Shown here piece after piece: positions 1-10,479 of a stretch of 38,651 bases of DNA; position 1 is the stretch's first letter; every line of letters begins with the position of its first letter. This DNA comes from Histomonas meleagridis 2922-C6/04-290x (lineage: Eukaryota > Protista > Parabasalia), in assembly GCA_020184695.1 (NCBI GenBank), contig JAANOX010000131.1, positions 1-38,651 on the forward strand, written 5' to 3'. A program made the position numbers and the translations under genes. Below the pieces are notes generated by a model that ran no database searches, was not told where the DNA came from, and saw nothing but the letters and a program-made list of their open reading frames with translations.

Positions 1-5
1 TGTGT

Positions 6-308
6 GTGTGTGCAAGTGAAGATATATCATTTGAAACTGCTATTGAGTTATGCCCTGACCTGGCAGAGTTTGTGATGTGGTTGAATAGAATTCATGCTCA
101 GTGGAAGGCGACAGGTGTTAGGTTGGAAGAAACCTATCAAGGAAGTCTAATCAGCAATTGTACAATCTTAGCCAGACTCATTTCATTTTGCAAACATGAG
201 CCTATAAATGATGCAGACTATGGAGATGAGGATACCAAAGAACAACAATCAGTAAGGTTGGAAGAAAATTTGTTTTTTGAGACAACCACACCTACCAGAA
301 ACGAATAA
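6..308 (+). CDS. Unknown ORF, possibly the 3' end of a gene starting before the window
   Basis: 100-aa ORF, somewhat more GC-rich than its flanks. No family recognised. Contains an imperfect 16-nt direct repeat (gtt/taaggttggaagaaa at about 117 and 251). Confidence 0.25.
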   Translation: MCASEDISFETAIELCPDLAEFVMWLNRIHAQWKATGVRLEETYQGSLISNCTILARLISFCKHEPINDADYGDEDTKEQQSVRLEENLFFETTTPTRNE

Positions 309-920
309 TAAACGACCGTTTAAATTATGAATCGGGAAAATCAAGCATGTTTTCACTTGTTTGAGTAACAAAGACACGATAACAGGAATAATGCTTTTTA
401 TAAACAGAATTAGAATATGAATTGAGAGTTGAAGAATAAATAAAAAAAAATAGACAAATTGCGATTTATTATCTTCCAAACCAACGTTGTCATCTATGAT
501 ATCAACATAACTATCTAACATACTGAGGTACTAGGTGAGATATTGCATGTTCTTTTTTACTTTCCAAGTCCTTTGGTGGGTTGGACCACGTATATTAAAG
601 GTTTTTTTATTTTTAAAATTCAAAACTTCATAAATTATGTACATTAATATGAATTTTTCACAAATATTATATATAATGATATTATTAATTTTTATTTTTT
701 TTTTTTTATATTTTAACAATCAATAATAATAAGTAAAAAATTATGATATTATTAATTTTTTGATATTATTAATTCAAACAAATGATGTTTGTCGGATGGA
801 GAAAAATTACCATCGATAAAAACATAACAAATTTTTATAGAAATTGCAGAAAACAATTTCCAGATAAAAATGATGAATACTATTCACAATTAAAGAAACT
901 TTGGGTATTGATTTCAAACT

Positions 921-989
921 TTGAACCATGAAAATATTTCCGATTCAGTACAAACAATCTTCAATTTATTTGATAATGATAATATATGC
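921..989 (+). pseudogene. Remnant of the N-terminus of a DUF3447-like/ankyrin family gene
   Basis: Translates LNHENISDSVQTIFNLFDNDNIC, resembling LNDDNIKSSVELTMNLFDNNFPY in the 32669-30149 gene. The surrounding frame is broken. Confidence 0.35.
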
Positions 990-1379
990 TCTGTTTATAA
1001 TATAACATATCAATTTATTTACTTATTAATTATTTTTAAAATTTATGGATAGAAAATGTATATCATGCAACTATCAGATAATAACCATTTTTATAAAAAG
1101 ATATCTTATAAATGTAAAATCACAAGAATCTAATAGATAGAATATTTAAAAAAGGCGTAGATTTTTCTCAATAAATTTTAAGACTTACTAACAATTGCAA
1201 TGATAATTTCGTATCACTATTTATTGGTTCTTTTATTTTTCCATTTATTTTTTTTGTTCTTTTAGTGCACGTTTACTATTGTTCAGTCTATCTTCTGATA
1301 AACGGTTCCTATTTGGCGTTTGTGGAATTTGACTATCTTTGTCACCACAACATTTTGACACTTTCTAAATTAAGAAACA

Positions 1380-2504
1380 ATGGGTTCAAGCGGATCAACT
1401 GCTTTAAATCCATGGGATCGCAAAGTCAGCGAACTCTTTTCTACAGTTAAAATTTCTGAACCATACAATTTTTCACCCGATTTTATTTCTCCAATTATAT
1501 TTAATGAATCAACTTTTTATGTATTGATATCAAAAAATGGCTTGGCAAATGTAATTTCTCCAACTCTATCAGAAATTGCTTTCAAAGAATCAATATGTGA
1601 AGAACAAATCATTTCTTTATTTCCATTTGATTTAAGCAAAATCATTTTAACAACAGCAAAAGGGGTTATCTTACTAACTTTCAAAGAAACTAGTTTTGAA
1701 AAACAAACTTTTGAAATTGATGAACCAATCAAATGTCACAAAGTTGATTCTAATTCGTTTGTTTTAGCAAACAGAAATGGGAATGTTCTTCTTTGTTCTT
1801 CTAATGGATCTTCCACAGATTTATGGAAAGTCCAGGATCAAGAAATAATTGATTCAATAATATTTAAATGCGAAAGCTCATCAGTACTTATCATATCTAC
1901 AAAAGAGTTTTTATTCCTTGGTGACTTAAGTCCCAACACTAAACCTGTTTTTCATCCAATTCCAAACATACGCAATCTAACACAATGCGATTCCAAAACC
2001 ATGTTTTTCTTAAATGGTAAAGGCGATGTTTGCTTTCTCGAAGTGAGAGATGATAAAACAGTGAGCGATCCAACTACCATCAAAAACGGCACTTTTTGTG
2101 GACTACATTGCCTCTGCAATGGAACTGTTCTCTTTTATAGCAAGAACGAAATATGTACGTACTCTCTGCAGCCTACTCCGATAATTATTGGTACTACTCT
2201 TATTAACAATCATGAAATTGATAAAATTATCTTTATGAGAGAACCAAGAGTTTTCATAGTAATGACAAAAAATGGAAGACTGGTTGTGTGCAGGCATCCA
2301 AGTTTCTCAAAAGCTGATAAAAAACCAGAAATTGAACAGATGGAATTATTCCAATACCACAAAGAACCAATTAAAGTAGGATGTTGCGGCGAAGAATTGT
2401 CTTTCATGACAGTAGATGAAAGTGGCGTTTGTGTTCTTTGGGAAAACTTCCCAAATTGGCTCGATGCACCATTCACGCTTGGAATGTTTGGAGAATCAGA
2501 ATAA
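1380..2504 (+). CDS. Probable WD40-like beta-propeller protein with a possible N-myristoylation site
   Basis: 374-aa ORF with a short beta-strand/turn pattern, a terminal 'VDESGVCVLWE' WD-like blade, and an MGSSGS N-terminus. Fold is inferred. Confidence 0.6.
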   Translation: MGSSGSTALNPWDRKVSELFSTVKISEPYNFSPDFISPIIFNESTFYVLISKNGLANVISPTLSEIAFKESICEEQIISLFPFDLSKIILTTAKGVILLTFKETSFEKQTFEIDEPIKCHKVDSNSFVLANRNGNVLLCSSNGSSTDLWKVQDQEIIDSIIFKCESSSVLIISTKEFLFLGDLSPNTKPVFHPIPNIRNLTQCDSKTMFFLNGKGDVCFLEVRDDKTVSDPTTIKNGTFCGLHCLCNGTVLFYSKNEICTYSLQPTPIIIGTTLINNHEIDKIIFMREPRVFIVMTKNGRLVVCRHPSFSKADKKPEIEQMELFQYHKEPIKVGCCGEELSFMTVDESGVCVLWENFPNWLDAPFTLGMFGESE

Positions 2505-2650
2505 AAATGTATCTTTATCATGTTTTATATAAAACTTTTAGGAAGGAAAAGCATTAATTTTAAACTTAGTTGCGTTCTTGCGTAGAAAATTTAAAGAATA
2601 ATGGGGTGCCCTAAATATGTTTAAACGTATTTAAAAAAACGTATTCATAG

Positions 2651-3787
2651 ATGGAAAGCTTGTCTTGGCTTTTCGTAAATAATATAACATTACAGGGAAA
2701 TGGATTCAAGCCATTAAACGAAAAGCCACATTTTTCCTTGCTTTTACTTCCTCTTAGTATTTCAAGCATTTTAACATTTTCAAAAATCACATTTCCTTCT
2801 AAAACACGAATAGTTCATTATTCTCCGTTGCTATTTTCAAAGTGCCAATTTTCAGAAAGTTCATCTTTTGAGCTATCATCATTTTCAAAAATTACAATTG
2901 ATGAAACAAATTTTAAAAATCTAAAAAACATATTAACATTCAAAAATTCAGAATCAATTACCATTAAGAATTGTAGTTTTAATTCAGCTACTACGTCAAT
3001 TCTTGACATTTCGGATTCAAAAAAAGTTACCATTCAGATGAACTCATTCAACCATACAGAAAACCATGCGCCTATACATCTAACGCATGTGTCAGATGCC
3101 ATTATTACTAACACCAATTTTACTGGATTAACATCTGGTTCAATTATATCAGATTGTGCAAATCTTTATATCGGCTCATGTATATTCTGCAATGTATCTT
3201 CTTCAAGTGGAGGTGCATTACATCTTTCCAATACCACATCTATAATTGCATATTGTCTCTTTCAAAATTGTTCTGCGAAATCTTATGGTGGCTCCATATA
3301 TAATAGAGATGGTAAGCTTAAAGTTGACTCGTGCAGCTTTGCTAACAATATCGCTAGCGAAGGGTACTCAATGTACTCAACAGGCGGAAACTGCTTTATC
3401 GAAAAGTGCATTTTTTCAGGCGAATTCAAAACAGAAATTTCCGGCAGTTTAATTCAAAAATTCAATAACACCTTTGTATCGGCTTTAAACGTTGTTCCTT
3501 TATCATTTGTTACACCTTCAGCAACTTTCACACCTTCACCTTCAATGTCACCTGTCCCTTTTACATATGGACCTGATGATGATGGTGGATGGACGCGAAA
3601 TACAAAAATTATTGTTGGTTGCGGATGCGGAATTGGTGGATGTATACTCATAATTGTTGTTGCTTATATTATATATGTTAAAGTCAAACAAATTAATTCA
3701 TCAAAAGTTTATGTGGCAGAATCTACAAATGAAAACAAACAGCCAACAGGAACAACTTTTGTGTCTAAAACATATGACCTTCCATAA
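2651..3787 (+). CDS. Pmp-like / right-handed beta-helix single-pass membrane protein
   Basis: Repeated F-x-N/C-x motifs and GGA(L/I)/GGSI motifs (SSGGALHL, SYGGSIYN). Pro/Ser/Thr stalk (TPSATFTPSPSMSP), hydrophobic helix (IIVGCGCGIGGCILIIVVAYIIYV), short cytosolic tail. Confidence 0.7.
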   Translation: MESLSWLFVNNITLQGNGFKPLNEKPHFSLLLLPLSISSILTFSKITFPSKTRIVHYSPLLFSKCQFSESSSFELSSFSKITIDETNFKNLKNILTFKNSESITIKNCSFNSATTSILDISDSKKVTIQMNSFNHTENHAPIHLTHVSDAIITNTNFTGLTSGSIISDCANLYIGSCIFCNVSSSSGGALHLSNTTSIIAYCLFQNCSAKSYGGSIYNRDGKLKVDSCSFANNIASEGYSMYSTGGNCFIEKCIFSGEFKTEISGSLIQKFNNTFVSALNVVPLSFVTPSATFTPSPSMSPVPFTYGPDDDGGWTRNTKIIVGCGCGIGGCILIIVVAYIIYVKVKQINSSKVYVAESTNENKQPTGTTFVSKTYDLP

Positions 3788-3848
3788 TTAATAAAATGTG
3801 TTTTCTTTTCTTTTATTTTTAATAGCAGTTTAATTTATTTGGAATAAA

Positions 3849-5751
3849 ATGAAATGCAAACGACCGTTTTCGAAAGGAGGCCGTTTAACGAAGAACGTTT
3901 ATAATTTCATGTCCAGAAGAGCAAGAGCAGGAAGTTCTTCCTCTCTTTCTTTATATCAAGAGCAATTAAAGGCATTAGCTCATCTAGAAACAGACATTCT
4001 TCAATTAAATGAAATGACAATTAAATCAGTTATTTCATCAATTCTTGCTTCAAATATGATAATCGATAATGCCAAAATTTACAGTATTTTTAAATTACTT
4101 CATGTTGCAGTACAAATTAGGCCAAATATTATTGAGTACATTGCTGATATTTTTCTTCAATTTCACCAAAGACATATTGATATTGAAACTTTCTTAAAAA
4201 TGATTCTTCATTTTCCTTCATTTAAATTTTTTTTATATCAATTATATAAAAGAGGTGTAATAACCATTGAATACATAATTCAAAATCTTGATAATGATTC
4301 AGATTTATTTTTATATTTTGCACCTGAGATTGAAGAAAACGATCCATTGTTCTTCTCCCAACATATGTATCTCATTACTAAATCTAACGTATGCATATAT
4401 AATCCTGAAACACATTTTTCTCGTCGAGAACTTGGAATAAATGATTCAGATATTGCGATTTCTCTTCGAAATGATGACGTTGAAACACTTAAAAGTATTC
4501 TTTATCAAGCAAATATTACCTTTGTTGAGCCTTCTTTTTTTGAGCGTTGTGGATATATTAATCACGTTGTAACATTAATTGATTATTCTGCATATTTTTC
4601 GGCTATTAATTGCTTTAACTTTTTACGCAGTCAAAATTTTGAAATTACGAATTCAACTTTAAATTTTGCGATTGCTGGAGGAAATAATGATATTATTAAT
4701 ATATGTAAAGAATCATTACAAAGTGTTAATGCTTCTACTTTTATAACTGCGATTCAATTTCATCGAAATTTATTTTTAAAGCAAATTATTGACTTTAGTC
4801 ATATCCAAACAGATATTAATTTTCTTACATGTAGTATTAACTCAAATAACACAACAGCGTTTTTAAACTTCTTAAAGACCGATATAAACAAACTTAATGA
4901 TGAAGGAATGACAGCACTTCATTGTTCAGTACACTCTCGAAATTTATTATATATTCAAGCATTATGTTCGACGCCAAACATAAAAATCAATCAAAAAGAT
5001 ATAAATGGAATGACTCCATTACATCTTTCTGCTTCTCTTGGATACTTCGAAATTGTTTTTTATTTTACGTTTCAAAATAGAATACATATTAATGAAACAG
5101 ATAATAATGGTTATACTGCTCTCCATATGGCTTCAAAAGGCGGATTTACGCAAATTGTTTCACTTCTTACATCGACAGAAAATATAGAAATTGATAAAAG
5201 AAATATAAATTTGTTTTGATTTCTTATATTTGTTTCTATTTTTTGGCGTATTTTTTGCTGTTTCGAAACTCCACTTCACGTCGCAGCAATGGAAGGGAAC
5301 TTAGATATTGTAAAACATTTTTGTGCGATTCATGGTGTTGATGTTAACGCAAGAGATGTTTTTTAATAATTTATAAATTTGGCGTTTTGTGCTTTCTTTT
5401 ACAACTCCTTTGTTAGCAGCAATGGTTTTTAATCAACAAAATGTTGTTGAGTACCTTTGTGATCATCCGTATGTTGATGTTAACGCTGTAAATAATGCCG
5501 TCTATAAATATGTTTCGGAGTTTTTTGGTAATTCATCAAAATATCATTTTTTACGCTATCCTATATTCATCATTTGAGTTTGTAAGGTTCTTGGTTTCGT
5601 TAAATAGAATTGAAGTTAATAGACCAAATGCAGAAGGAGTTTTTCTAATTAATTTAGAACACCTTATCAGATTGCAGCTTTGCTCAAAAATAGAGCACTG
5701 ATGGATTTGTTGAAACCGTTTCAATCTCGAGAAGTGAGCGAAAGTGAATAA
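3849..5751 (+). CDS. DUF3447-like + ankyrin repeat protein interrupted by eight 17-nt inserts (588 aa after removal; start may be 3909)
   Basis: The ORF track stops at 5219, but ankyrin repeats continue. Removing 5205-5221 (or 5208-5224), 5228-5244, 5248-5264, 5358-5374, 5384-5400, 5500-5516, 5520-5536 and 5639-5655 gives one frame: ...DKRN-S-Y-G-E-TPLHVAAMEGNLDIVKHF...ARD-KF-G-T-TPLLAA...AVNNA-G-Q-NIIFYA...PNAEG-R-TPYQIA...SESE* (TAA 5749-5751). 1903-136=1767 nt. Confidence 0.8.
5205..5655 (+). other. Cluster of eight 17-nt intervening elements (locus A)
   Basis: Examples: gtattttttgctgtttc, gttttgtgctttctttt, gtctataaatatgtttc, gttttttggtaattcat, gtttttctaattaattt. Hairpin lengths are 63, 46, 46 and 29 nt. 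Confidence 0.85.
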
Positions 5752-5905
5752 AAAATATGTTTTATATAAAACTATTTTTTTTTTTTAAATGTATTTAATC
5801 ATTTACTTTCTAATGTTTTCTGTGAACATTTGATCTTTGTGTTGATTTTGATTGTTAGTAATATACGCTTCATTTCTATTTCTTGTTGAAATTGATGATT
5901 TGATT

Positions 5906-6170
5906 TTATTGAAGATGACATTTAGAATTTTTGTTCGTACTTTTTTCACGAAGTACATTTATTATTTCTGTATAACCTTCTTGTCGTGCAATTTGAATTG
6001 CTGTCAAATATTATTAAAGCATATTCCAAATTATTAAAACATATATAAAATTATTAAAACATATTCCAAATTATTAAAATGAATATCTTTTTCATATGGC
6101 GTTAAATCTTTAACTTGTTTTCTAGATATTATTTTATTAAGTAATTTGATGAACCAGATTTATTAGATAA
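5906..6170 (-). pseudogene. Decayed ankyrin gene 3' fragment carrying four 17-nt inserts in a 20-nt tandem array (locus G)
   Basis: Minus strand reads K-D[6084-6068]G[6064-6048]Y[6044-6028]G[6024-6008]L-TAIQIARQEGYTEIINVLREKSTNKNSKCHLQ* (TAA 5908-5906). The upstream frame has a stop at 6132-6130. Confidence 0.65.
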
Positions 6171-6362
6171 ATTTTTATCATTTTCAAATATTAATTTCAA
6201 AAATAATTTAATATATGAAACACAAAAACAGTTTTATGATGATTATTTATAAATAAAATATACATCAATTAGTTAGTTAGAGAAATGAAATTTTTAATCT
6301 AGAAAAAAGTTAAAATCTTGAAAATGACTTAAGACGGAAATTTTACGTAATCCGTTTCCATT

Positions 6363-6788
6363 TTAAACGAAAATAGAACTAAGGTAACTAATAATTTTGG
6401 CTCGTGATGTTTCAACAATTTCTCCATCCATCACAATTTCATTTAATGTAGTATATGTTTCGGCAAGATGATAGAGTATATGGAATTCGGTAATATCTCC
6501 AAAATACTCACGAAGTGTTTGGAAGAAGAAATCGAAAAATGAAATGATTTCAAGTTCGTTTGCATCTTCTTCAACGCCAGCAATGCAATAAATTGCAAGG
6601 TAGCGCTTATATACTATTTTGATATCATCATGGTGAAAACAAAAACATGTCTCTTCATTCCTTGAAACGCATTGACGAATGATTTCATTTTCAAGTTTTT
6701 GACGTTCTTCAGTTGGAGGCCTTTCTCCGTAGTACTGTGCAAGTCTTGTTTGGCCAAAACGATTCACAATCAAGAAGAATTTAATCAT
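6363..6788 (-). CDS. AP4S1: Adaptor protein complex small (sigma) chain, AP-4 sigma-like
   Basis: MIKFFLIVNRFGQTRLAQYY...KIVYKRYLAIYCIAGVEEDANELEIISF...LNEIVMDGEIVETSRAKII matches the clathrin adaptor sigma family. The MIKFFL-VN--GQTRL start is typical of sigma-4. Start placed at the second Met. Confidence 0.8.
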   Translation of the reverse strand: MIKFFLIVNRFGQTRLAQYYGERPPTEERQKLENEIIRQCVSRNEETCFCFHHDDIKIVYKRYLAIYCIAGVEEDANELEIISFFDFFFQTLREYFGDITEFHILYHLAETYTTLNEIVMDGEIVETSRAKIISYLSSIFV

Positions 6789-7260
6789 CACCAAATATAA
6801 AAACCGTAAACGATCACATGTCAAAAAAATTAGGTGGAAATAACCGTTTTCTTCATGTTTATGTCAATATTCTTGAATATTATGTGTTCGAAATTATTTT
6901 TTCAGACATTTAAGCATGTTAGTTTGATAATTGTGTCCACAAAATATTATTATGTATAAGCTATAATTTTCAACTTTTTGATCAATTCATACATAACTTT
7001 TCTCGAGAATAAATAACCAACCTTTATAGGGAAAGCTACACCACGTTATGATAATTGCAGGTTGCGTATTATTTTTAACCAGATAATTATTAAAAAAATT
7101 CTTTCATATAAAATTTCATGAAAAAATTATCATTGTCTTCGTTTTGCTTCATCATTAAATTCGCAAAAACAACTTTAAGTGCTGTCGTACTTAGGGGATG
7201 CTTGTTTATTAAATAAAATTAAAAAAAAATGAACATGAAGAACGACTATTTATTAATTCT

Positions 7261-7860
7261 TTAGCAACATTTCTTGCCTTCCTGCTTTGTGGTTTCCTTG
7301 CTTATTTTAACTGTTTTTTGTTCAATCACTGTTGGATTGATGTCATTGTATAATTTTGCAGCTTCTTGGAAAATTTCTTTGACGCCAAAACCGGAACTTG
7401 CAGATGTCATGAGATGAAGGTTTGCACCAAATCGTTGTAAGTATTCATTTCCTCTTTCAACGCATTCGGTTTGTTGTTCTTGTGTAAGTAAATCTGACTT
7501 TGTTGTAACCAAAAAAATTTTACAATCTGGAACAAACTTACGCACTCTTGATATCCATTCTTCAATTGTATCCTCCCTCTCAAGATCATAACAAACGAAA
7601 GCAACGTGTGAATCACGATAAAACATTTGTGATATAGATTGAAATCTTTCTTGACCTGCAGTATCCCAAATTTGGAGGTTTACCTTTGCCCCGTCATCCA
7701 AGGTAACTGTTGCAGTACATGAAGCTGGCGCAACTGTTGATAATTCTTGGTTTTCAAACGGGCTATCTAAAAATACACTAATAAGAGATGTTTTACCAAC
7801 GCCAGCGGAACCAACTAAAATTACTTTTAGAGAAGCCTTATCATCGACTTCAAAAGACAT
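7261..7860 (-). CDS. Rab-family small GTPase
   Basis: GSAGVGKTS (G1), WDTAGQE (G3), TKSD (G4 variant), TSA (G5), C-terminal CC prenylation motif. Confidence 0.95.
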   Translation of the reverse strand: MSFEVDDKASLKVILVGSAGVGKTSLISVFLDSPFENQELSTVAPASCTATVTLDDGAKVNLQIWDTAGQERFQSISQMFYRDSHVAFVCYDLEREDTIEEWISRVRKFVPDCKIFLVTTKSDLLTQEQQTECVERGNEYLQRFGANLHLMTSASSGFGVKEIFQEAAKLYNDINPTVIEQKTVKISKETTKQEGKKCC

Positions 7861-8467
7861 TTCTGGTGCGAATTTAAAACCGTCAATTTAACCAGTTTGA
7901 AACCGACAACAATTGAGGTAAAAAATAAACTTTTTCTATGCTTAATTCAAGTTTTCAGATCTTCTTTGATATCATGGTTTATATACATTGTAATATTTGT
8001 ATTAACTCCTTTTGTGTGAAAATAATCGGCATATGTAAAATAGTTTATTGTATTCCAATTTACAAATTATTTAATTTTTGTTTATACTAAAACATTTGGG
8101 TAAAAATGTTTTGTAAGATGTTAATTCAATATGCGTTATCAAAGTTAAAAATAAAACAACTTTTCATCAAGCTATTTATAATAGATGTTGGCTAACTTTA
8201 GTTTAACCAATCATGAGGTAATGACTCCACATATGCTTTCATGTTGAAGATTTTATCCATATCAAAATTCGTATTCATACAATCAAAAAACATATGGAAC
8301 AAGTCCAAAATTGACATCGAAAAGTGTAAACGAAACTTTTTGAGATATTATTGAATCAAATTTGATCGTTTTTGTACTTTTTATTTTGTTCTGATTTAAG
8401 AAGGCGCAGTGAGAAAACATTTTTCAAAAACCAAACAATAAACATCAACAAGTGATTTAAAAACATT

Positions 8468-9265
8468 TTATTCTTCTATTGAATCTGATTCAAGCTCATC
8501 ATCTTCGCTCACATTCCTCCTCATTCGTCTCTGTTGACCTCGTGTTGCCATTCTCTTCGGCGGCCCCTTCTCCTCTTCTTCTGTTTCGGAACTGCTTCCC
8601 TCACTTTTGGCTTCTTCTTCATTTTCTTCTTCAATTTCACCTGTTACAAGTTCATTTGCCATGGAATGCAGCGTGTTTACACCAAACTCAGCATAAAACC
8701 TCGGGCCGAGAGTGACACTACGATTTGTATTCGAAGCGTTCTCATCATCAATCTTTTTCAATTTGAAATAATCTTGTGATGCCCACTTATGCATGATCTC
8801 CGGCCACTTCCCAAAATCTGGTGAATCGAGAGGGACGTTTGAATTCTGTAGCACTTGTCCAAGTTGTTCTAAATCTAATTGATTGCCTTTGTATTGGACG
8901 ACAAAAAAACAGAAAACAAGTAAACCATATTCCTTCTTTTGATGGGGAGTGAATGGAATTGGAACATTATCGGGATACTTCTGACGACGAACAAGGAAAA
9001 ATTTTGATGATTGACTTGGCTTTTCATCAGGAGCTAAACCTTGAACAAGGTTGAGCCCCATAGTTTTGTTAAGTAGATCATTTGTTGATTCAATTGGGTC
9101 AATTCGTTTGCGACGTGATTTTTCTCGGAATTCATCTAAAATTGGTCGAATCTGAATTTTTCGAACTGCTTGTTTTTCTCTGTTTTTGTATATAAAGTAA
9201 CGGGCGACACGTCCTGTTTCCATATTATTCTGTTTGGAATCATTGTCTTCGTATTCGTCGTCCAT
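8468..9265 (-). CDS. NSE3: MAGE/Nse3-like protein (putative SMC5/6 complex subunit)
   Basis: VARYFIYKNREKQAVRK and GLLVFCFFVVQYKGNQL...FGKWPEIMHKWASQDYF...LGPRFYAEFG resemble the MAGE winged-helix motifs. Acidic tail. Confidence 0.6.
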   Translation of the reverse strand: MDDEYEDNDSKQNNMETGRVARYFIYKNREKQAVRKIQIRPILDEFREKSRRKRIDPIESTNDLLNKTMGLNLVQGLAPDEKPSQSSKFFLVRRQKYPDNVPIPFTPHQKKEYGLLVFCFFVVQYKGNQLDLEQLGQVLQNSNVPLDSPDFGKWPEIMHKWASQDYFKLKKIDDENASNTNRSVTLGPRFYAEFGVNTLHSMANELVTGEIEEENEEEAKSEGSSSETEEEEKGPPKRMATRGQQRRMRRNVSEDDELESDSIEE

Positions 9266-9468
9266 TGGCGCCTTATGTTTGACTAGCAAGCAAACATTGT
9301 CAATTTTCGACGGTTATTTAAATCTAAACGTACATTAAAAACAGCAACTTCACTTAGCCGTTTATCGTTGCGCACTTTTTGGAAAGTGACAGAATGAGTT
9401 TTTTCCCTTTCATCAAATAAGTTGAAAATCTTGAAATTTTAGAAGCTAAAATTAAAATAATTAGTTGT

Positions 9469-9876
9469 TTATTGTTCTTCCTTCTTCATTCTGCAACCTG
9501 CATTGTATACGAAAATATTCTTTTCTTGTGCGGCCTTTTCGATCTGACGACGAAGCTTTCCGCCAACAGCATGATGGATAACTGCACAATATTTTGTGTT
9601 ATTGGTGAATAATGGTTCAAGTTCCTTGACATTGTGAACGATAACAGGTCTGAAGCCATTTGGAAGCATGTACTTTGTTTCTTTATCGCTTCCATATCCG
9701 CACTTTGGATGTGCTGGTGTTCCGCGTTGGTTCTTACGGAATCTTGAATCGATACCACGGGTAAGACGCCAGCTTGACTTAACACGAACGAAAAGATCAG
9801 ATTGAATACGGTTGAACCTTGTCTTCTTTTTCTTGATGATTGGTTTATGTTCGGCAGCAACAACTGTTGTTGACAT
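9469..9876 (-). CDS. RPL32: 60S ribosomal protein L32 (eL32)
   Basis: IIKKKKTRFNRIQSD...WRLTRGIDSRFRK...GYGSDKETKYMLPNGF...VHNVKELE, with biased codon usage. Confidence 0.97.
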   Translation of the reverse strand: MSTTVVAAEHKPIIKKKKTRFNRIQSDLFVRVKSSWRLTRGIDSRFRKNQRGTPAHPKCGYGSDKETKYMLPNGFRPVIVHNVKELEPLFTNNTKYCAVIHHAVGGKLRRQIEKAAQEKNIFVYNAGCRMKKEEQ

Positions 9877-9882
9877 TTCTGC

Positions 9883-9902
9883 AAAGGAAGACCAAAACCG
9901 TT
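9883..9902 (-). promoter_or_regulatory. M3-like (AACGGTTT) plus M5-like (CCTTT) core promoter of RPL32
   Basis: Minus strand has AACGGTTT at 9902-9895 and CCTTT at 9887-9883, 6 nt before the ATG. Both match the core promoter motifs known from T. vaginalis. Confidence 0.6.
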
Positions 9903-10479
9903 AGTCACTTTCCTTATCGTCCTAAAAAGTGACATAACTTTGAAGTTCTTCAAGTTTAATGATTTTACGTGTAAAACTAAAAATTTTATAAATTACATAT
10001 ATTTTTGAAGTTACTCGTTAATATTAATATTCATCAATTCTTAAATTGCTATAAATTTAAGTATTCTTTTACTTTTCATTTTGTGACATAAAACCTGAGC
10101 TTTCCTATAGATTTACATTTGTTCTAAATCGATTTAATATTACCAACATTTTTACATAAAACACAACTGTTAAATATTATGGGCCCTTCGATTTTCACTC
10201 AATAATCGAAAAAAAAATTTATTGGTTAAGAGGTATCACGGCAGAATGGCAACCGTAAAATAATTTGAAACAAAAATATCTTGGAAAATCTTCACCTTTA
10301 TAAAGTTATTCTAACAAATTTATAATACAATAATTTATAATAAATTCGTCATAATAAATTTAAATCGTTTTTGACTTAAATAAGGAAAATCTTTATTTAT
10401 CAGCTCAGCAAATATTCAATTTATTGATAAAATTTACCATACACATATAATGCTGTTATAAGTAATTTAATCTATTTAT

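Noticed and set aside
5639-5657. GT...AG segment (gtttttctaattaatttag, 19 nt) as a canonical micro-intron
   Set aside because: Removing 19 nt puts the downstream TPYQIA out of frame. Removing 17 nt gives NAEG-R-TPY and matches all other sites.
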